From Macrostomum lignano (lineage: Eukaryota), in NCBI GenBank assembly GCA_002269645.1, contig NIVC01001798.1, positions 1 to 64,000 of the forward strand: DNA of 64,000 bases, read 5' to 3'. A program made the position numbers and the translations under genes. The notes beneath the pieces were generated by a model. The model was not told where the DNA came from, ran no database searches, and worked only from the letters and a program-made list of their open reading frames with translations. Every line of letters begins with the position of its first letter. Positions within the stretch are counted from its first letter, which is position 1. Shown here in pieces: positions 46,239-60,395 of the stretch.

Positions 46239-49200
46239 CTAGGAAGTGGGGAGCCTTAGTGATTCGCCGACTTCTCCGCGACTAATTGAGCCACTTGAAG
46301 GCGGAGTAGCAACTTCCACAGCCATGGACTGATGCTCGTCATTGGAGACCAATGCGCACACTGCTGTCTCTTGCGGGTGGCAACAAACACTAGCAACCGC
46401 CGCTCCCTGTGCTGCGGCCTCTTCACCTTCATCATCGAGCTGTTTTGATGTTGTTCAACGTAAGGGTTGAAAATTAACTGAGTACTTGTAGTCCCGTTGA
46501 TAAGCTAGAAACCTGACAGGTTTCATTAAAATATTTGGACCTTGTGAAGCTTCAAGCTTGTGAAGTGTACTGCGTACAAAGCGGAACGATATTCTGGGCT
46601 ATCCTGTGTCATCCTGTGATATCTGTGTCATCCTGTGTCATCTTGTGACATCTGTGCCATCCTGTGATATCCTGTATCATCCTGTATCATCCTGTGTCAT
46701 CCTGTGTCATCTTGTGACACCCTGTGATATCTATCCTGTGTCATCCTTCGCCATCCTGTGATATCCTGTATCATCTTGTGTCATTCTGTGTCATCTTGTG
46801 AAACCCTGTGACATCCTGTGTAATCATGTGCCATCCTCTGGTAACCTGTGTCATCATGTGACATTCAATGATATGTGCCATTCTGTCATCCCGTGACTCC
46901 TGTGACATCCTGTGACCAGACATCAAATGACTTAACTATGCAGTGCGTAGCATCTTAGCTCTCCTCTGACTTCATCAGGTAATTGTACTCTAAGTTAATT
47001 CATTCCTTTTTCCATTGGGTTCTACCTAACGTGTACTGTAGTATATGAGTAATCTGATGCGCATTCCTAATCTCTTCACTCTTATTAATCAGCTCGATAA
47101 CCAGTAGTGAAAAGGTACCAAACTGTGCAAATATGAATAGAAATCTGACATTTCTCACCTCATGCACTCGCCGCTCTTGGATCTCTCGTTGACGCTGCTG
47201 CTCACGCTGCTCTTCCTCCAGCTCGCGTCGGATCTCCTTCTCTAACTCGTCGTCATCAGACATCATTTTGTGCGACTCCTGTTTAGGGATAGTTTTTTTA
47301 AATTAAAACTGTTAACTGTGGATTGCAATAGATTTTACTAGAGTAAAAAGCTTGACGTTATAGTGCCGACTAAAAAGTTTATTTAGACTTTGTGTACTTT
47401 TTATCAGAGGCAGGAGCTGTGTGCACTTTAAGCGACATTGTCACACAGCCTGCGAGAGGCACTACTGCCCGTCCCGCCGACCCCCCTTAGCAGGCACACA
47501 AGCGCAAGGATACGTACGCAGTCAAACACACAGGCACACACTCACACAGGAGTGTACAGCGGCCCTAACTTTTATTATCGTTAGGCATGTACACTTCACT
47601 GTGCCTTCTTGTGGGTCGGCCCTCAACGGTATTAATTGCACGAGCAGAGCCAAGCCGAGATTCCAATTTAGCCCCAAATTAGTGCAACTGCAGTTGGGAA
47701 TCGAGCCCGGACCGCTGGCACGTAAGAGCGCCGGCCCCCTGACTTTGCGTACTTAGCTAATTCCCACCGCAACTCCGTGATCTACGCTCACCTCCAAGTG
47801 TTTCATTAGCACAGCAACCACAACATTCACCAGGACAAACTGCGCCATGAGCACGAATACCACGAAATAGATTGGCGCAATTATAGGCGAGACGCAGCAG
47901 TTCTTGACGCAGTTGTCGCTAGGATCGCATTTCTCCCGCAGGGTGTCCTTCATGATGCCATTCCAGTTGTCTCCAGTGGCGATGCGAAACAGCGTTAGAA
48001 ATGCCATGCCGAAGTTTTCGAAGTGGGCGTGTCTGCTCAGGCCAACACACGGATTGTCTAATGAGCACTCTGAAATGAAAAAATATTATGTCATTATCTT
48101 TTTTATAATTTTGGGGTATTTCAACAAAAATGCTTTTAAAATTATAGGTGCATTAATTATTGGATGGTAAAATTCAAGTCAGTTGTTTAGTATCTTAGTA
48201 TCTACATTATAAACACGAAAAATAGTAATCTCACCAAGTCTCCCAAACAGCTCCACACCCAGAGCGGCAAAGATGAAGAACAGTAGAAAGAAGAGCAGAC
48301 CGAGATTGCCGACCTGCGGCAATGCCTGAATGACGGTGTCCAGCAGTGCTCTGATGCCTTTGGCCATCTTGAGCAGTTTCAGCACTTCAAAATCAATGTT
48401 AACAATTTTTGTGCTATATTGAATGAAAGTTCCTAGGGTTGGGTAGGGTAAAGTAGGGTAGGGTAGAGTAGGGTAGGGTAGGGTAGGGTAAAGTAGGGTA
48501 GGGTAGGGTAGGTCAAGTAGGGTAGGGTAGAGTAGGGTAGGGTAGGGTAGGGTAAAGTAGGGTAGGGTAGGGTAGGTCAAGTAGGACTAGGGTTAGAGTA
48601 GTATTATGGCTAGAATAATCTCCCTGTCAGCCATAAAAGACTCACGGGGGACATTGCTGAGATGTCAAGGCTTATGGGGGAATGGCTGAAATGCTTGGCT
48701 CATTAGGGGGGGGGGGGGTCGTTCAGATGCTTTGAGCCAAAGCTCATAGATGATCCGACTTATATCTTAGGCTACATAGCTGGCTTTCAGGGCGGAGACT
48801 TTGTTGCTTTAAAAATAATTCTCCCCTAAAAAAATTAACAATACGGACAGTACAAGGTCATAACCTACATGTAGTTTATTCAAAAATTTCTTTGTTGCCT
48901 CCCCAACGACGTGGGCGCTTATTGGTATTGAAAATTCTAATAAAAAAACTCATCGACAGCAGCTTACCTCTGGCTATTCGAAGAACTCGCATAACCCGAA
49001 TAATGGTTGGATTTATTGGAATCAGCGTGTACTGAACCTCCTCGAGAATGATCCCGGCAATGGAAAGTGCAACGATTATTACATCGAGCTGGTTCCATCT
49101 GGAGTAGTTTGGAGTTGACGTGAGCCAAGAGTGCTAAACGTTTGCTAAATTGTTGACACGATTTACGCAACTACATAGATTTCTTACTTATCCTTGAGGT

Positions 49201-52200
49201 AGCGTTGCAGTCCGAGAGCAAAAATTTTGAAAATCGCTTCAAACACAAACACGGTTGAAAATGCATAGTTAGTAATCTTGAGTCCCATTTCGAACTCCTG
49301 TGGTAAAATGAATTGATTGTTTTTATTGCGCAGTCTAAACGTCAAAAATATTCTCAATTAAAGTTAATAAAGGCTTACCGGCGGCATCATATAGAATTCC
49401 ATTGCCATGGTGATTACGTTGACACCAATAATTGTTGCTATAATTAGGTCAAAGTACTTGCTTTCTACGAATCGGTGCACTGTACGCCGAGTTCTCGAAT
49501 ATTTTGACCAATAGGGTATCTCACGAATACCTGAAATGTAGTTGTCATTTAGCAATGTTCATTTTTATCGTAGATTTTTTGCGAGTGCCAATTTCAGCTA
49601 CCTTCCGCCGCTGGCACGAATTGCCAAATTTCAACTTACGCCTTCGTTTCTTCTCCATCCTTCTGGCTCGCTTGGCAGCTCTTCGCGCCTTCTCTTCTTT
49701 CTCCTGGCTTGCCCGGCATTTGTGAAAGTTTTCAACGACAACGCCGACAAACATGTTAAGCACGAAGAAGCCTACTAATAGTAGGAACGAGATAAAGTAC
49801 AGCAGCAGCCACTCGTTGTTGTTCTCCTTCGGCTGCTGATTTTCGCCCACAGCGTCCAGTCCCGTGTACATGATTTGAACCCAGCCGTCTCTTGATGACA
49901 AAACAAACAGCGCCATAAGTGCCTGGCCAAGGTTGTCAAAGTTGTACTTGTGCCTTTCCCAGGTGTTGCGCTTGTCCGCCAAACAGTTGGTTTTGTTGGT
50001 GACGCCTGTCAAATCGGGTCCTTTGCAGTAGAAAAACTTTCCTTTAAAAAGTTGTACACCAAGAATGCCAAAAATGATGAAGAATGTGCAACAGATTAAC
50101 ACGATGTTGCCTATGGGTCTAAGCGAAGACAGCAGAGTTTGCACGACCAATTTGAGCCCTGGTGCCCTGCTAATCACGCGCAAAGGTCGTAAAGTTCGTA
50201 ACAGGCGGAAAACCCGTAAAATTCCAAAAATCCGATTAGTACTACCAAACAGTAGTACCACGAGGATATCAATCAGTGAAATGAACACGAGAGCTCCGTC
50301 CATTATGTTCCAACCGCTTCGCAAATAGGAATGACGACTTATAATGAGACCGTGGGATACTAGCTTAATTAGCATCTCGACCGTAAATATGACCGTAAAT
50401 ATATTGTTGCTGAGACTGAGAAATTGACGCTCCTGAAATTGTTTGTGCAATTACATCATCACATATGTAACAACTAAAAGTACATTATTACAACAAAGTA
50501 CAAAAAAACTTACTGTACTATTCTGTGGAATCGAAGGTCTTTCCATAGCCAGAGTGATGCAGTTCAGAGCGATGAAAAATAGTACTGTGTAGTCGAACCA
50601 TCGCTGCTGCGTTATCTTATTGCACAATAAGCGGAATCTGACGGACACGTAGGTGATTATTAATAAATATGCGAGCTTAACCTATCAGTAATAATCCAAA
50701 ACACCCTGATGAGCTTCGTTCACTTCTCCACCTACATTACCGTTTCTTAATCGGTAATTTAAATATCCATACAGTGAAAAATAGTTTCTGCAATCTCTTA
50801 TTCAAGATTTCCGGATTGCAAAGATAGACAGTAGATTTACCTGTTAGTTGGACTGAACAGATACAATGCGTAGTCTTCGCGATCTTTGAAACAGCCAGTG
50901 GTCGGTACAACATACTCGCTGAGCCATTTCAGCTGCTGCAAAATTGGTAGATGAGAGCTTCTATTGTAGAAATCGTTGGAACGGCGGAAGCACTTTTCTG
51001 ACAGCTACGATATAATACAGTAGACATTTGAAGGTGGCTATCACATGTTCGAAATCCTTCATAAGATCAAAAATTCACTTGATTAAGTATTCAAGTCGTC
51101 AAATTGTTTTGGTTTTTTTTTCGACGCTGTAAAAAGTGAACCTATGATGTATCCCACTTTGCCTGTACGCCTTGTCTATGTAACTAGTGCTTTGCAAGCG
51201 GAGATTCTCACTAAGTAACCTCCGCTGCCATAGACAATAAAATTAACGCCTTGAGCCAGAGTGAGGTTGGTTGAGCACTTTCTTCTACCACAGACAAAAC
51301 GTGTCCCGCGAATACGAGCTACAGGGAGCGGAGAATACTCATAATCTCTGCAAATCTAGTCAATATTCTCCGTTCCTTGCATTCGTGGGATACATTTCAA
51401 TAACCAACTGAAACTTGGAGAATGTCTATGGCAAATCTGCATAGACATTCTCCTCGTTTCACTAGGTTATTATACATGTTTCGAGCTAGTGATATTCTTG
51501 TAGTTGTGAAAGCAACCACAGGCACTTCTCCCACTGCCTCTTACCAAATCGTCCTCCGTACTAGCGTTGCTGTCACGCTCCTCTTCGGCTCCGGATTCTC
51601 TTTCGACTGGACGTCCGGCAGAGCCTTCGCATGCCCGCCGGCTGCCCAGCTGCGATCGGTTACTGCTGAAACTTCCAGCGCCGTCTTCGTCGTCCTTGTT
51701 ATTGTCCAAGTTGCGCATTCCCAATTCGTCGGCTTGATTTTCAATTGGCGACGAGCGGAGAAACGGGCCGCGACCGTTGCTGCCGTTAGACTGATGGCGA
51801 GCCACGAGTTGGCCGTTGCAACCACTGGAAGGTTCATCGGTGGACTTTACATTTTTACTTTTAAACAGTCCTTAAAAATTTCTGAATTGAATCTTGTTTT
51901 TGTAATTAGGTCGAATTCGATACTCGTAGTATTTATGATAGACGATTTCGACTTAGTAACAATAAATGTAAAATGTGATGCACATTTCGGACAATATGTG
52001 AAAACGCGAATTAGCGGTTGGCAACAAAGAACTTAAATTAAATCCGATTTACCTTCCAATGTGCTTTTAAAGTGTGTAAATCGAATGATTTGTAGGTGCA
52101 CACTTGAGATACGCGCTGAGATGCGTTGGATTTTAAGAAATCAATTTAACTACGAGACCTATAGGAAAACTAGCCTTTTGATCAACAGATTTATGCTGCA

Positions 52201-55200
52201 AGTCCTAAGACGAAAGTTCCTTTTGTGGCTTTGGATGCCCAGCTAAAAGTATACGACTATGATAAAAATACTCGCATGGGTGTTAGCACAAGGGTTCTTT
52301 TCCGTAAGTATCAATCTTGTGATCGACTTTAATCAAAGGTAGAGAAAACTTTAAAAATGCACTTGATTAGTTATAAAAATAGGAAGTAAAACACCTGACT
52401 ACGACGATAAAAATGCTGCATATGAATACGATGGATTGATGTGTAGTGATTAAATATATACGGAAGTGCTTGTAAGTTTCTGATAGCTCTAATTTTACCG
52501 TTCCATTTTATGTTTTGCATTTTAAAAAAGTGGAGTTGTCACGCCTACGTACAATAAAAACTTGGAAAATCCTATTGTTAGGACCAGGTTTTCCTTTCTG
52601 TGGGTATTTTTCCTCAAACTGCACTCAATAGACTTCTTTTTTGTTCCTAATTGGCCGCACAAGGAGTGGTAAACTTTATTAGTGCATCGAACCAATAATT
52701 ATTCAGTCGAGTAAATAGTGAGAAAATATTAATACATTTGCATAATCCAACAGAGACATTGTGCGCGATTATCCGTGAATTATTTGGATTGGTTTGATTT
52801 TTATACATCTAAAAAAGTGACGACACGATGCAATCTCAGGTTGCGCAGGAGGTAAGAAAGCTCCGTCTGTTACGTCACAAGTCACTATAATCACCAAGAC
52901 GTATTGCACACTGAAAGTAAAATAATTTTTACTTTCTCTTGATGACAGTACCTGACAGTATGGCGCCTAAAATAAAACGTGAACTTGTCTAATGGTTGGC
53001 CGCTATTATTGCAGACTGGCAGCTCAAGCAGCTGCGCCACATTGCTGTTGCTTTTGTTGCACAAACTAGCGCTGCTGCTGCCGCTGAGGGAGCACCGACT
53101 GACGCTGGTACAGCTGCTTGCTGAGCTGCTGCTGTAGCCACTTTGACTATTATTGAGAACAGCGAAATAAACAGAATTGTTAGACAATGAAATTAATAGG
53201 ATAAATTTGTTGTTTTTTCTTCAACTGTTTGCAACCATGATACTTTAACTAACAATATGCTCGTAAAGGTTTATAATGAGTACGACGAGAAGGTAAAAGA
53301 GAGATAGCTGCTCAAGAAGTATCATACAAAAGTTTAACTATCAATATAGTTTTACTTAGTGTATTAAATACACATCATGTCTAACTACTAACACTCAATA
53401 ATCGCGCCTCTTACCTCATGTCCTGTGCCGCATCGTATCTGGCTTGTATGCTCAGCTGCTCCATCATTGGCCGCGTTGATGTCGAAGACTTTGGACTGCC
53501 CGCTCCGACGCTTTCGCAGCCCACCGAGTTACTCCGACAGTCAGGCTTATAAAAACATCAAAAATTTTGCATTCATTCGGTTTAACGAAATTAGCTCATT
53601 GATTTATTATTCAGTTATTATTTCACGAGTTGTTTAACAATTTTCTTTAATTGCTAACCATTAAGTGTTCAAATTTTTGTAGGAACAAAGTTGAACTTCT
53701 TATTTGCTTAAAAACGTCCTATTCCTTTTTGGTAAGTGACACTTAAAAATTTAAAGCTAACAAATTCAGATGGATAATTTTTTAAATGGAACTCACAGTC
53801 ACAGACCGATCGATTGTGGCGATGCTAGACGAGCTGCAGTGGAACGCCAACTTTGGATTGGCTTGCCCGGCCGAGGCTACCACGGCTGCCGCCGCCGCCG
53901 CCGCTGCCGCCGCGGTAGAGCTCGCGCTGACTCTCTCTGGCGTCGCCGCCGTACGTATGATGACTGGCGGAGGCGGCAGTGTGAGCTGCGGCGCTGCCTC
54001 TAAGGTTGAATCGCCGACAATTTTGCTGCCGTTCGATCGACCGACGCGGCCACTTTCTTTAGCTTCTAGAAAAAAAGAAATAAAGATTTACTGTATATTT
54101 GTTATAATTCATTGATATGTGTATTTAAAGCCTATGCAAACTGTTTAAATGTCTTGAAATAGAAGCCATTAAGCAGAGGTAAAGCAAGATCCTTTTGCAT
54201 AACTATCAATACTGCATAGTTACTATTAAATCTATCTGACTGAACCAATTAATCTACTGCCGAGTGCTTCCGGTAAGCACAGTATTTCTTCACTACTACG
54301 AGCCGTACAATCGGAGGCTCCGATGCGTCCGTTAATCTATAGATTTACCACAGATAAACTCACAGAATGTTATAGCCATTCGGTCACTTAACGTACGGTA
54401 CGTGTACCAGCGCTAGTCGTTTACTCACTGCGCCGCTTTCTTTTTCGCCTCTGCGACGCGAATTCTGAATCGGGTGCGTCCGCAAGTGCTGCGCCACTGA
54501 GGTCCTTTGAGTTGTCGATGTCGGAGCCTTTGACAGGTGCAGCTGCTTTCTGAAATGCGATCAGCTTTTCGTAGTTTAACTTCATCAAGTTGATAAAGCA
54601 TATCATGTCATCAGCTGTAAAGTTTTAGGGAAAAATCAGTTTCGATAAAACAATCGGAGTGATGTTTCTTTGAAATTTTGGAACACAACATAGTTTAAGA
54701 GAGCCGAGTCAACTCTTCAGTTTTATTGTAGATTGAGAGAAGACAAATCTAAGTGCAACAATCGAAAATCAATCACTTGGTTCTTTTAGCTGTCACACTG
54801 CAAAAGCAAACAGTTTGATCAAGATGATAGATATTCTGGTTAAGTTAATGCAAGGAACAGTAAACCGAAGTGACTCGTGCATTTACATGATGCAATTCAG
54901 AGCTAGGCAAATCGGGAGACAACTTGAATTTTTTGTTAGTCATATGAATGTCAAACTATAGTCGAAAACATTAAACTAACAAATACAAAAAACTAAAGAC
55001 CATGGGTTAATTTCCTGACTATTCCGTTGAGTCTTCAGATGGGGAAGGTGTAATTAAGATGTGGGAAATGTCTTAGGACAACCAATAAATGGAACGCACA
55101 TTCATTTGGTTTGAGTTGCTGAAAGTTCAACTGGCACTAATTTTTACATATAGCTCTTGAATTTATGAATATTATTAGCAAGGCCAAATACAATCAGGAA

Positions 55201-58200
55201 GGTCAGCTCTAACAAAAAATTATAAAAAAACAGTTCACCCCTCGTAACTAAAAGCAAGGCACTAAAACACGTTTTGTATTGAAATGTATGCAGTTAACTT
55301 GACAACAAGTGGATCTAAAATTGTTACAAATAGAAGATGCCATTTTCTAAATACTTGTAAACTAGAGGTGTTTAATAATTATATCTGTGCTATCGATAAG
55401 CATCATAATCAGCAATCAGTATTGCTAACGAAGGTGCAACAGTAGAACTCGTACATAAGCACATTCGAAGAGCACTCGCTTTTACCTTCTTCAGACGGTA
55501 CTTCTCCATGATATAGTACTTTCGCTGCACAGTGCATTGATTAGGGGTTTTGTTAATAAAACTGCTTCATATAGTAAAAAATATGCTCAATTTTATCCCT
55601 GACAATTAGTCCTTCTTATTAAAATGAATCTGGAGTGGAAAATTCAGAAATGAATCTTCACTATTTGGAACTTTTCAGTGACAACAGAAAAATACAGACA
55701 GGATTAGCTCGCATCAACAGTGATGCAGTTCTGGCGACATCAGTTATTTACGATAAGCAATAAAAATGGTCGAAATATTTTCCGAATAGTAAAAAACGGA
55801 GTATACTAGTACTCGTATATTGCAGTATGTAAACTGCCTGGCATTGCAGTTCAAGCATGCGTTTCTTGGAATGTAGTGGTTAATGATGTATGCCTATTCT
55901 ATGATATTCTACGAGCTAAATACTGCTGTTTCAATACAGTTTTATGGTTACTTGTAATTTTATAGACAGGTTTAATCTGCTGGTGACCATAAAATTATTG
56001 TTAGTAAATTAAAAGTTGCTATGAGCTGTTAGCGGGCAACAATCCGAATAAAATTATTTGCTTAATCGCTCTACACTTGTAAAAGTAATAGTAATACGAG
56101 TAATTAAAGACAATTTCTATATTTTACTTACCTCGCTAGAGAAGCCTTCGACCAGAATAGCGACCAGCAAGTTGAAAAGAACGTAGTTACCAAACGTCAT
56201 CAGAGCGATAAAGTAAAGAGCTGCCCACGGTGAAGTGCGATACATGCCATTGTACAGCACCGTGTTCCAATCCTCTTGTGTCAGCACCTGGGGGTTATTA
56301 TGCCGCTTGTAAGGTCGCAAATTCGAAATGAGCTTAATTAGAGTTGGATTTTATTATCCAAAAGTTGTTCGGAACAAACTACACGCGTATGAGCTCAGAC
56401 CACATCATTGCTATTATTACCATAGTACATCAGAAATAAAGTCAAACACAGTAATCAGAAAGCCAAGCGAAAAGAATTCTGAGTTTGCCTATATTCGAAG
56501 AAGTACATCAATACTATAGACGTTAGTCGTACGAGCGTATTTCGATTCTAACAGTAAAAAATCCGACAACTCAACAAGGAAAATCAGTTTTAATCAAAGC
56601 ACCTGAAATACGGTGACCAGAGACCACATGATGGTGTCGAAATTTGCCCGATCGCACGTGCAGTCGCTGTTGGGTTTAGCTCGCTCGCTGCAGGTGCACG
56701 TCTTGCCGTCCGGGTGCCAACAGAACTTGCCGCCAAATAAAGTCATGCCGAGGATGCTGAAAATTGGATCGAAAAAAATTTCAGATTTTGCAGTAAAAAT
56801 GTTTTACTTCTACCTTTTAAATTACACTCCGCTTTGCATAATCAATGCGTCCAAGGGCGTAGCCAGGTTTTTGCCGTGGGAGGGGGTTACGTTCCTGCCT
56901 ACTAATTTCGTTTAAGAGACGCTGCTCCATTTTAAGGGTTTCCAAGGCTACTACAAGGGTCCTAAAGCTGCTGTTCAACAAAAGAAAGTACAAAAGTTCA
57001 TTTACCAAACATTTATTTTATTAAAGGTATACTTTCAATTCTTCATACCTGAATATAAAGATAAATAGCACAAGCAGTGCAAAGAAGGTGGCCACATTGT
57101 CCATGGTTTTTAACATCACAAAAAGCTGCTGCCGCAGAGCAGGAAGAAATCGCACCAGTTTTAGAATTCGAAGCAGACGAAATGTTCGCAGCACAGAGAG
57201 GCCACTGTTGCCACCTTGGATGAGCTCGAAGATGCTGGGATAAGTGATGAAGATTTAATATATATATATATAGTCTAGCAGTTGACTACAGTTGTGCGAA
57301 TTCCTGATTTACTCCCCAATGCATATAACAAGTGTAGCTCTAATCATCGACTTGTCTATTAACGTCATCAGGTTAATTCTTCTGCATTTTAGTACGAGTA
57401 TCTGCTTGCAATTGATTTCATGGCCGCCGGCCTCTCAAGCCCAACTCCGTTTAACCATATAGGCATTTAGCGTGGGGTTGGGTTTGGCTTATCTTAATTC
57501 GACGGTCAATTAAACTCCCACCCCTATTTCTGTCCCCGCACATCCAATAAGAAAGCTGATAGCTTATCGATTTTTAGGGCGCATGACCCCACCCCCTTCT
57601 TCAACCCCACTGCCCTTGAGCCCAACTATGGGGAGGGGTGAAATGCAATCGATTTTATAGCTGCCCGTTCAATCCACAGAATATACACAGAATGGCGAAT
57701 CGGCAGTTCTCTATGAAAGCGAAAATAAATGCGCTTGCACTACTAACGTTGTGAAGCTGATAAGTAGCGGCGATTTTTTAAACGCAAAGTTGAATGTAAA
57801 AGTTGAGCTCAAGACAGCCTTTGAAAGCTCTGAATCGTCGTTTTGACGCTGCAGTTAAATGCTGTGCTATCATTGTAATTAATTTGTTCATAACGGTGCG
57901 TGCGCAAAGTCATGAGCAGTAGTAACAACTGTTATAACCTCATTACCATGTATATGTAAGCTAAAAAACAAAAGTAACAAACATAACAACAGGTTAAATT
58001 TTAGTGCTGCACGCAAGGCAGGAAATGCCAGACGCAACAGAAATTGCAAATCTCATGCAATCACACTCATCCTCTTGAACTTCCTAGATTGCTCATTGCA
58101 AAATGCTCGCCCGCGCTTTCTCTCCTGAGCCGCAATCCTGCGCCCATTGCACCAATGGTGCAAGCGCAGCATCGAGAACAGCCTCGCAATGCTCATCACG

Positions 58201-59923
58201 CATCTCTCTGAGTGCTCAGCGCAATGAGTCGCAATATATGGGGCCTGATGCAATCGGCCAATATTTTGCTGATTCTGTGTGACACACCAGCATGCATGAA
58301 CTCTGTCACTTCCAGCAATTTGAATTGGCGTTCCATCTCAGTGACAGCTCTGATAACTGCTCTGCTTGGGGTGACTAAGCTGTCATCCCGCTTGCACTTC
58401 AGTCGCAGGAAGCGTGTCCGAATTGCTTTCCCTTCAGTTCCTGTTGGCACACCTCACACTTGCACTCGGTTTTAAAGAAGCGGAACAGCAACCAACCGCC
58501 GACATATGCGCACTTCTCGTGATCTAAGTCATCCGATGTAGCAAAGGGCTCATCACCTGCTTCCTTGAGATCTGAGTCACAAGTGTTGCCCTGCAGGTGG
58601 ACTGGCTCTGGAGCTTCTTGGCTCACTGCAGCCTTGGATGCTCTCTGGCTGCTGGAAACCGGTGAAATCTAGTGCCCGGCGGACACTTGCCGGCGTAGTT
58701 GGGGCATCCGTACGCAGCGCACTAAAGCCTCGAAGCAGACGCAGTCATGCAAAAACAGTATCACAATAAGCTGCGTATTCAAACTCTAGCAGATATGCCT
58801 TCGGTATTAGTACTTTTGAAGCCAAACCTAGCTTCATCAGCACCAGCTTGGGCCATAGATAATGCAATACAGCAAAGACAGGCTAGCGCGATCAATAATG
58901 CATTTGACCTGCATGCTTTCACGCCACGAGCTCGTGCTAGAAAGCCCAAGGCATGCTGTCTATGGCACTAACTTAGAGCGCAGAGGCAGCAGAAGGCAGG
59001 GCCAGCCTAAAGGTAGGTTCTAAAAATAGCACAGTTTAGAAGGGGGGTGGGTTGGTTCTATCAAGCCTTGCTATATTCTGTGGACAAACCCGCAATAAAT
59101 GGCAAAGAATTATTAAAGTGCCATTCAGCCTACTTAGTTTTTCTTCACAACAAGAGTAGCCAGTATAGAATATCATTCTTGTACAAGAAATTTTCTCAAA
59201 ATGCGGGATTCGCCATTCTGTGTATATTCTGTGGTTCAATCTCCACCTCTTTTTCGTCTCCAAAATTGGTGGGTGTGAGTGCTATCAGTTTTATAGCCTG
59301 CCCCTCCCTCATATACGCCTTCCTACTCCCTCTAACTCCACTTTTGCTTGCTTTAACTTTAAAGAACCCAGAATTATCTGTAATGGAATTGCAGAGAATA
59401 CCACAGCAAAAGTAATACGAGTACTGTATAGGCTATAGAACTAAAGTTAGACAGTACAGTATATACAATACATTTTACGAACTAAATCGTGTCAAGTTTG
59501 GAAGAAATAAACCAATCAAAATTAAATGCCTATCGCTTCGCTTACCTCAGCAGAACAATGGAAGCATCAAAAACGTTGAATCCGCTGCTAATGTACACAA
59601 TAAGACCGTCGCCAATGAGCTTAAGCAGCATCTCTAAGCCGAAGATTACACAGAACACAACGTTGCTGTATTCGATAATGTCCGTTAATAGAATTGGCTG
59701 AAAATTTTGATTTAGCCGGAGAAAGGGGCAGGCATTTGTAAGATATTTGTAAGGAACAAGCTGCTATTAACTAACTCAGTTAGAAAACTAAAATGTCATA
59801 CCTGGTCATAGTACTCAATACCCATACTGATTGTGTTAAATAGAATGGCTAGAAGAATGCCTTGTTGAAAAACCTTGTGATCGATTATTCTCTTAACCAC
59901 ATAGCGCAGCTTTTGAAATATGC
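46239..59923 (-). CDS. Cav3: T-type voltage-gated calcium channel alpha-1 subunit (Cav3), domains II-IV and C-terminus; 5' part outside the window
   Basis: Exons 59923-59802, 59697-59546, 57234-57049, 56756-56603, 56287-56132, 54549-54429, 54065-53797, 53545-53415, ~53146-52952, ~51870-51545, 50935-50841, 50637-50514, 50432-49640, 49530-49379, 49297-49188, 49098-48968, 48384-48235, 48069-47792, 47278-47159, 46439-46239. Pore motifs TQEDW (II), SRDGW (III), TGDNW (IV) fit the EEDD filter. Linker motif [11 protein letters not shown]; S4 segments present. The junction between the ~52952 and ~51870 linker exons is unresolved. Confidence 0.95.
46600..46920. repeat. Degenerate 10-bp repeat (ATCCTGTGTC)
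   Basis: Directly visible in the last Cav3 intron. Confidence 0.9.
47400..47740 (-). mobile_element. tRNA-derived SINE copy with TSD, in a Cav3 intron
   Basis: Shared body. 14-bp TSD GACTTTG(T/C)GTACTT at 47386-47399 and 47741-47754 (1 mismatch). Confidence 0.88.
48435..48595. repeat. (GGGTA)n microsatellite
   Basis: Directly visible. Confidence 0.95.
56852..56900. mobile_element. Isolated hAT-like MITE terminus
   Basis: CAAGGGCGTAGCCAGG matches the reverse complement of the MITE right end (CCTGGCTACGCCCCTG). No partner end found. Confidence 0.45.
58053..58780 (-). pseudogene. Remnant of a second P/THAP9-like transposase (C-terminal part) in a Cav3 intron
   Basis: [40 protein letters not shown] and [11 protein letters not shown] match the Y(I/V)AG-Y/W..C..C, L..PS and R-x-HH C-terminal motifs of P-type transposases. 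Split across three frames. Confidence 0.65.
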
Positions 59924-60044
59924 CTGCAACGATCAGTAGTATGTTTTTATTTGCCAATTAAATTTTCATCCGAAATCTCGCAAAAATTGAAATGTCACTG
60001 TCGCAAGAACATGTACTGTGTATTGACTACTGACATAAATTTGA

Positions 60045-60395
<351 letters not shown>

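Noticed and set aside
51229-51430. CATAGACA..TGTCTATG as a ~200-bp P-type MITE
   Set aside because: Only an 8-bp terminal match, and the flanks (TCCGCTGC versus GCAAATCT) do not form a TSD.
52840-52851. Plus-strand 12-nt micro-exon (cag/GTTGCGCAGGAG/gtaag) of an antisense gene
   Set aside because: Good splice-like flanks, but no partner exons could be linked and chance occurrence is likely.
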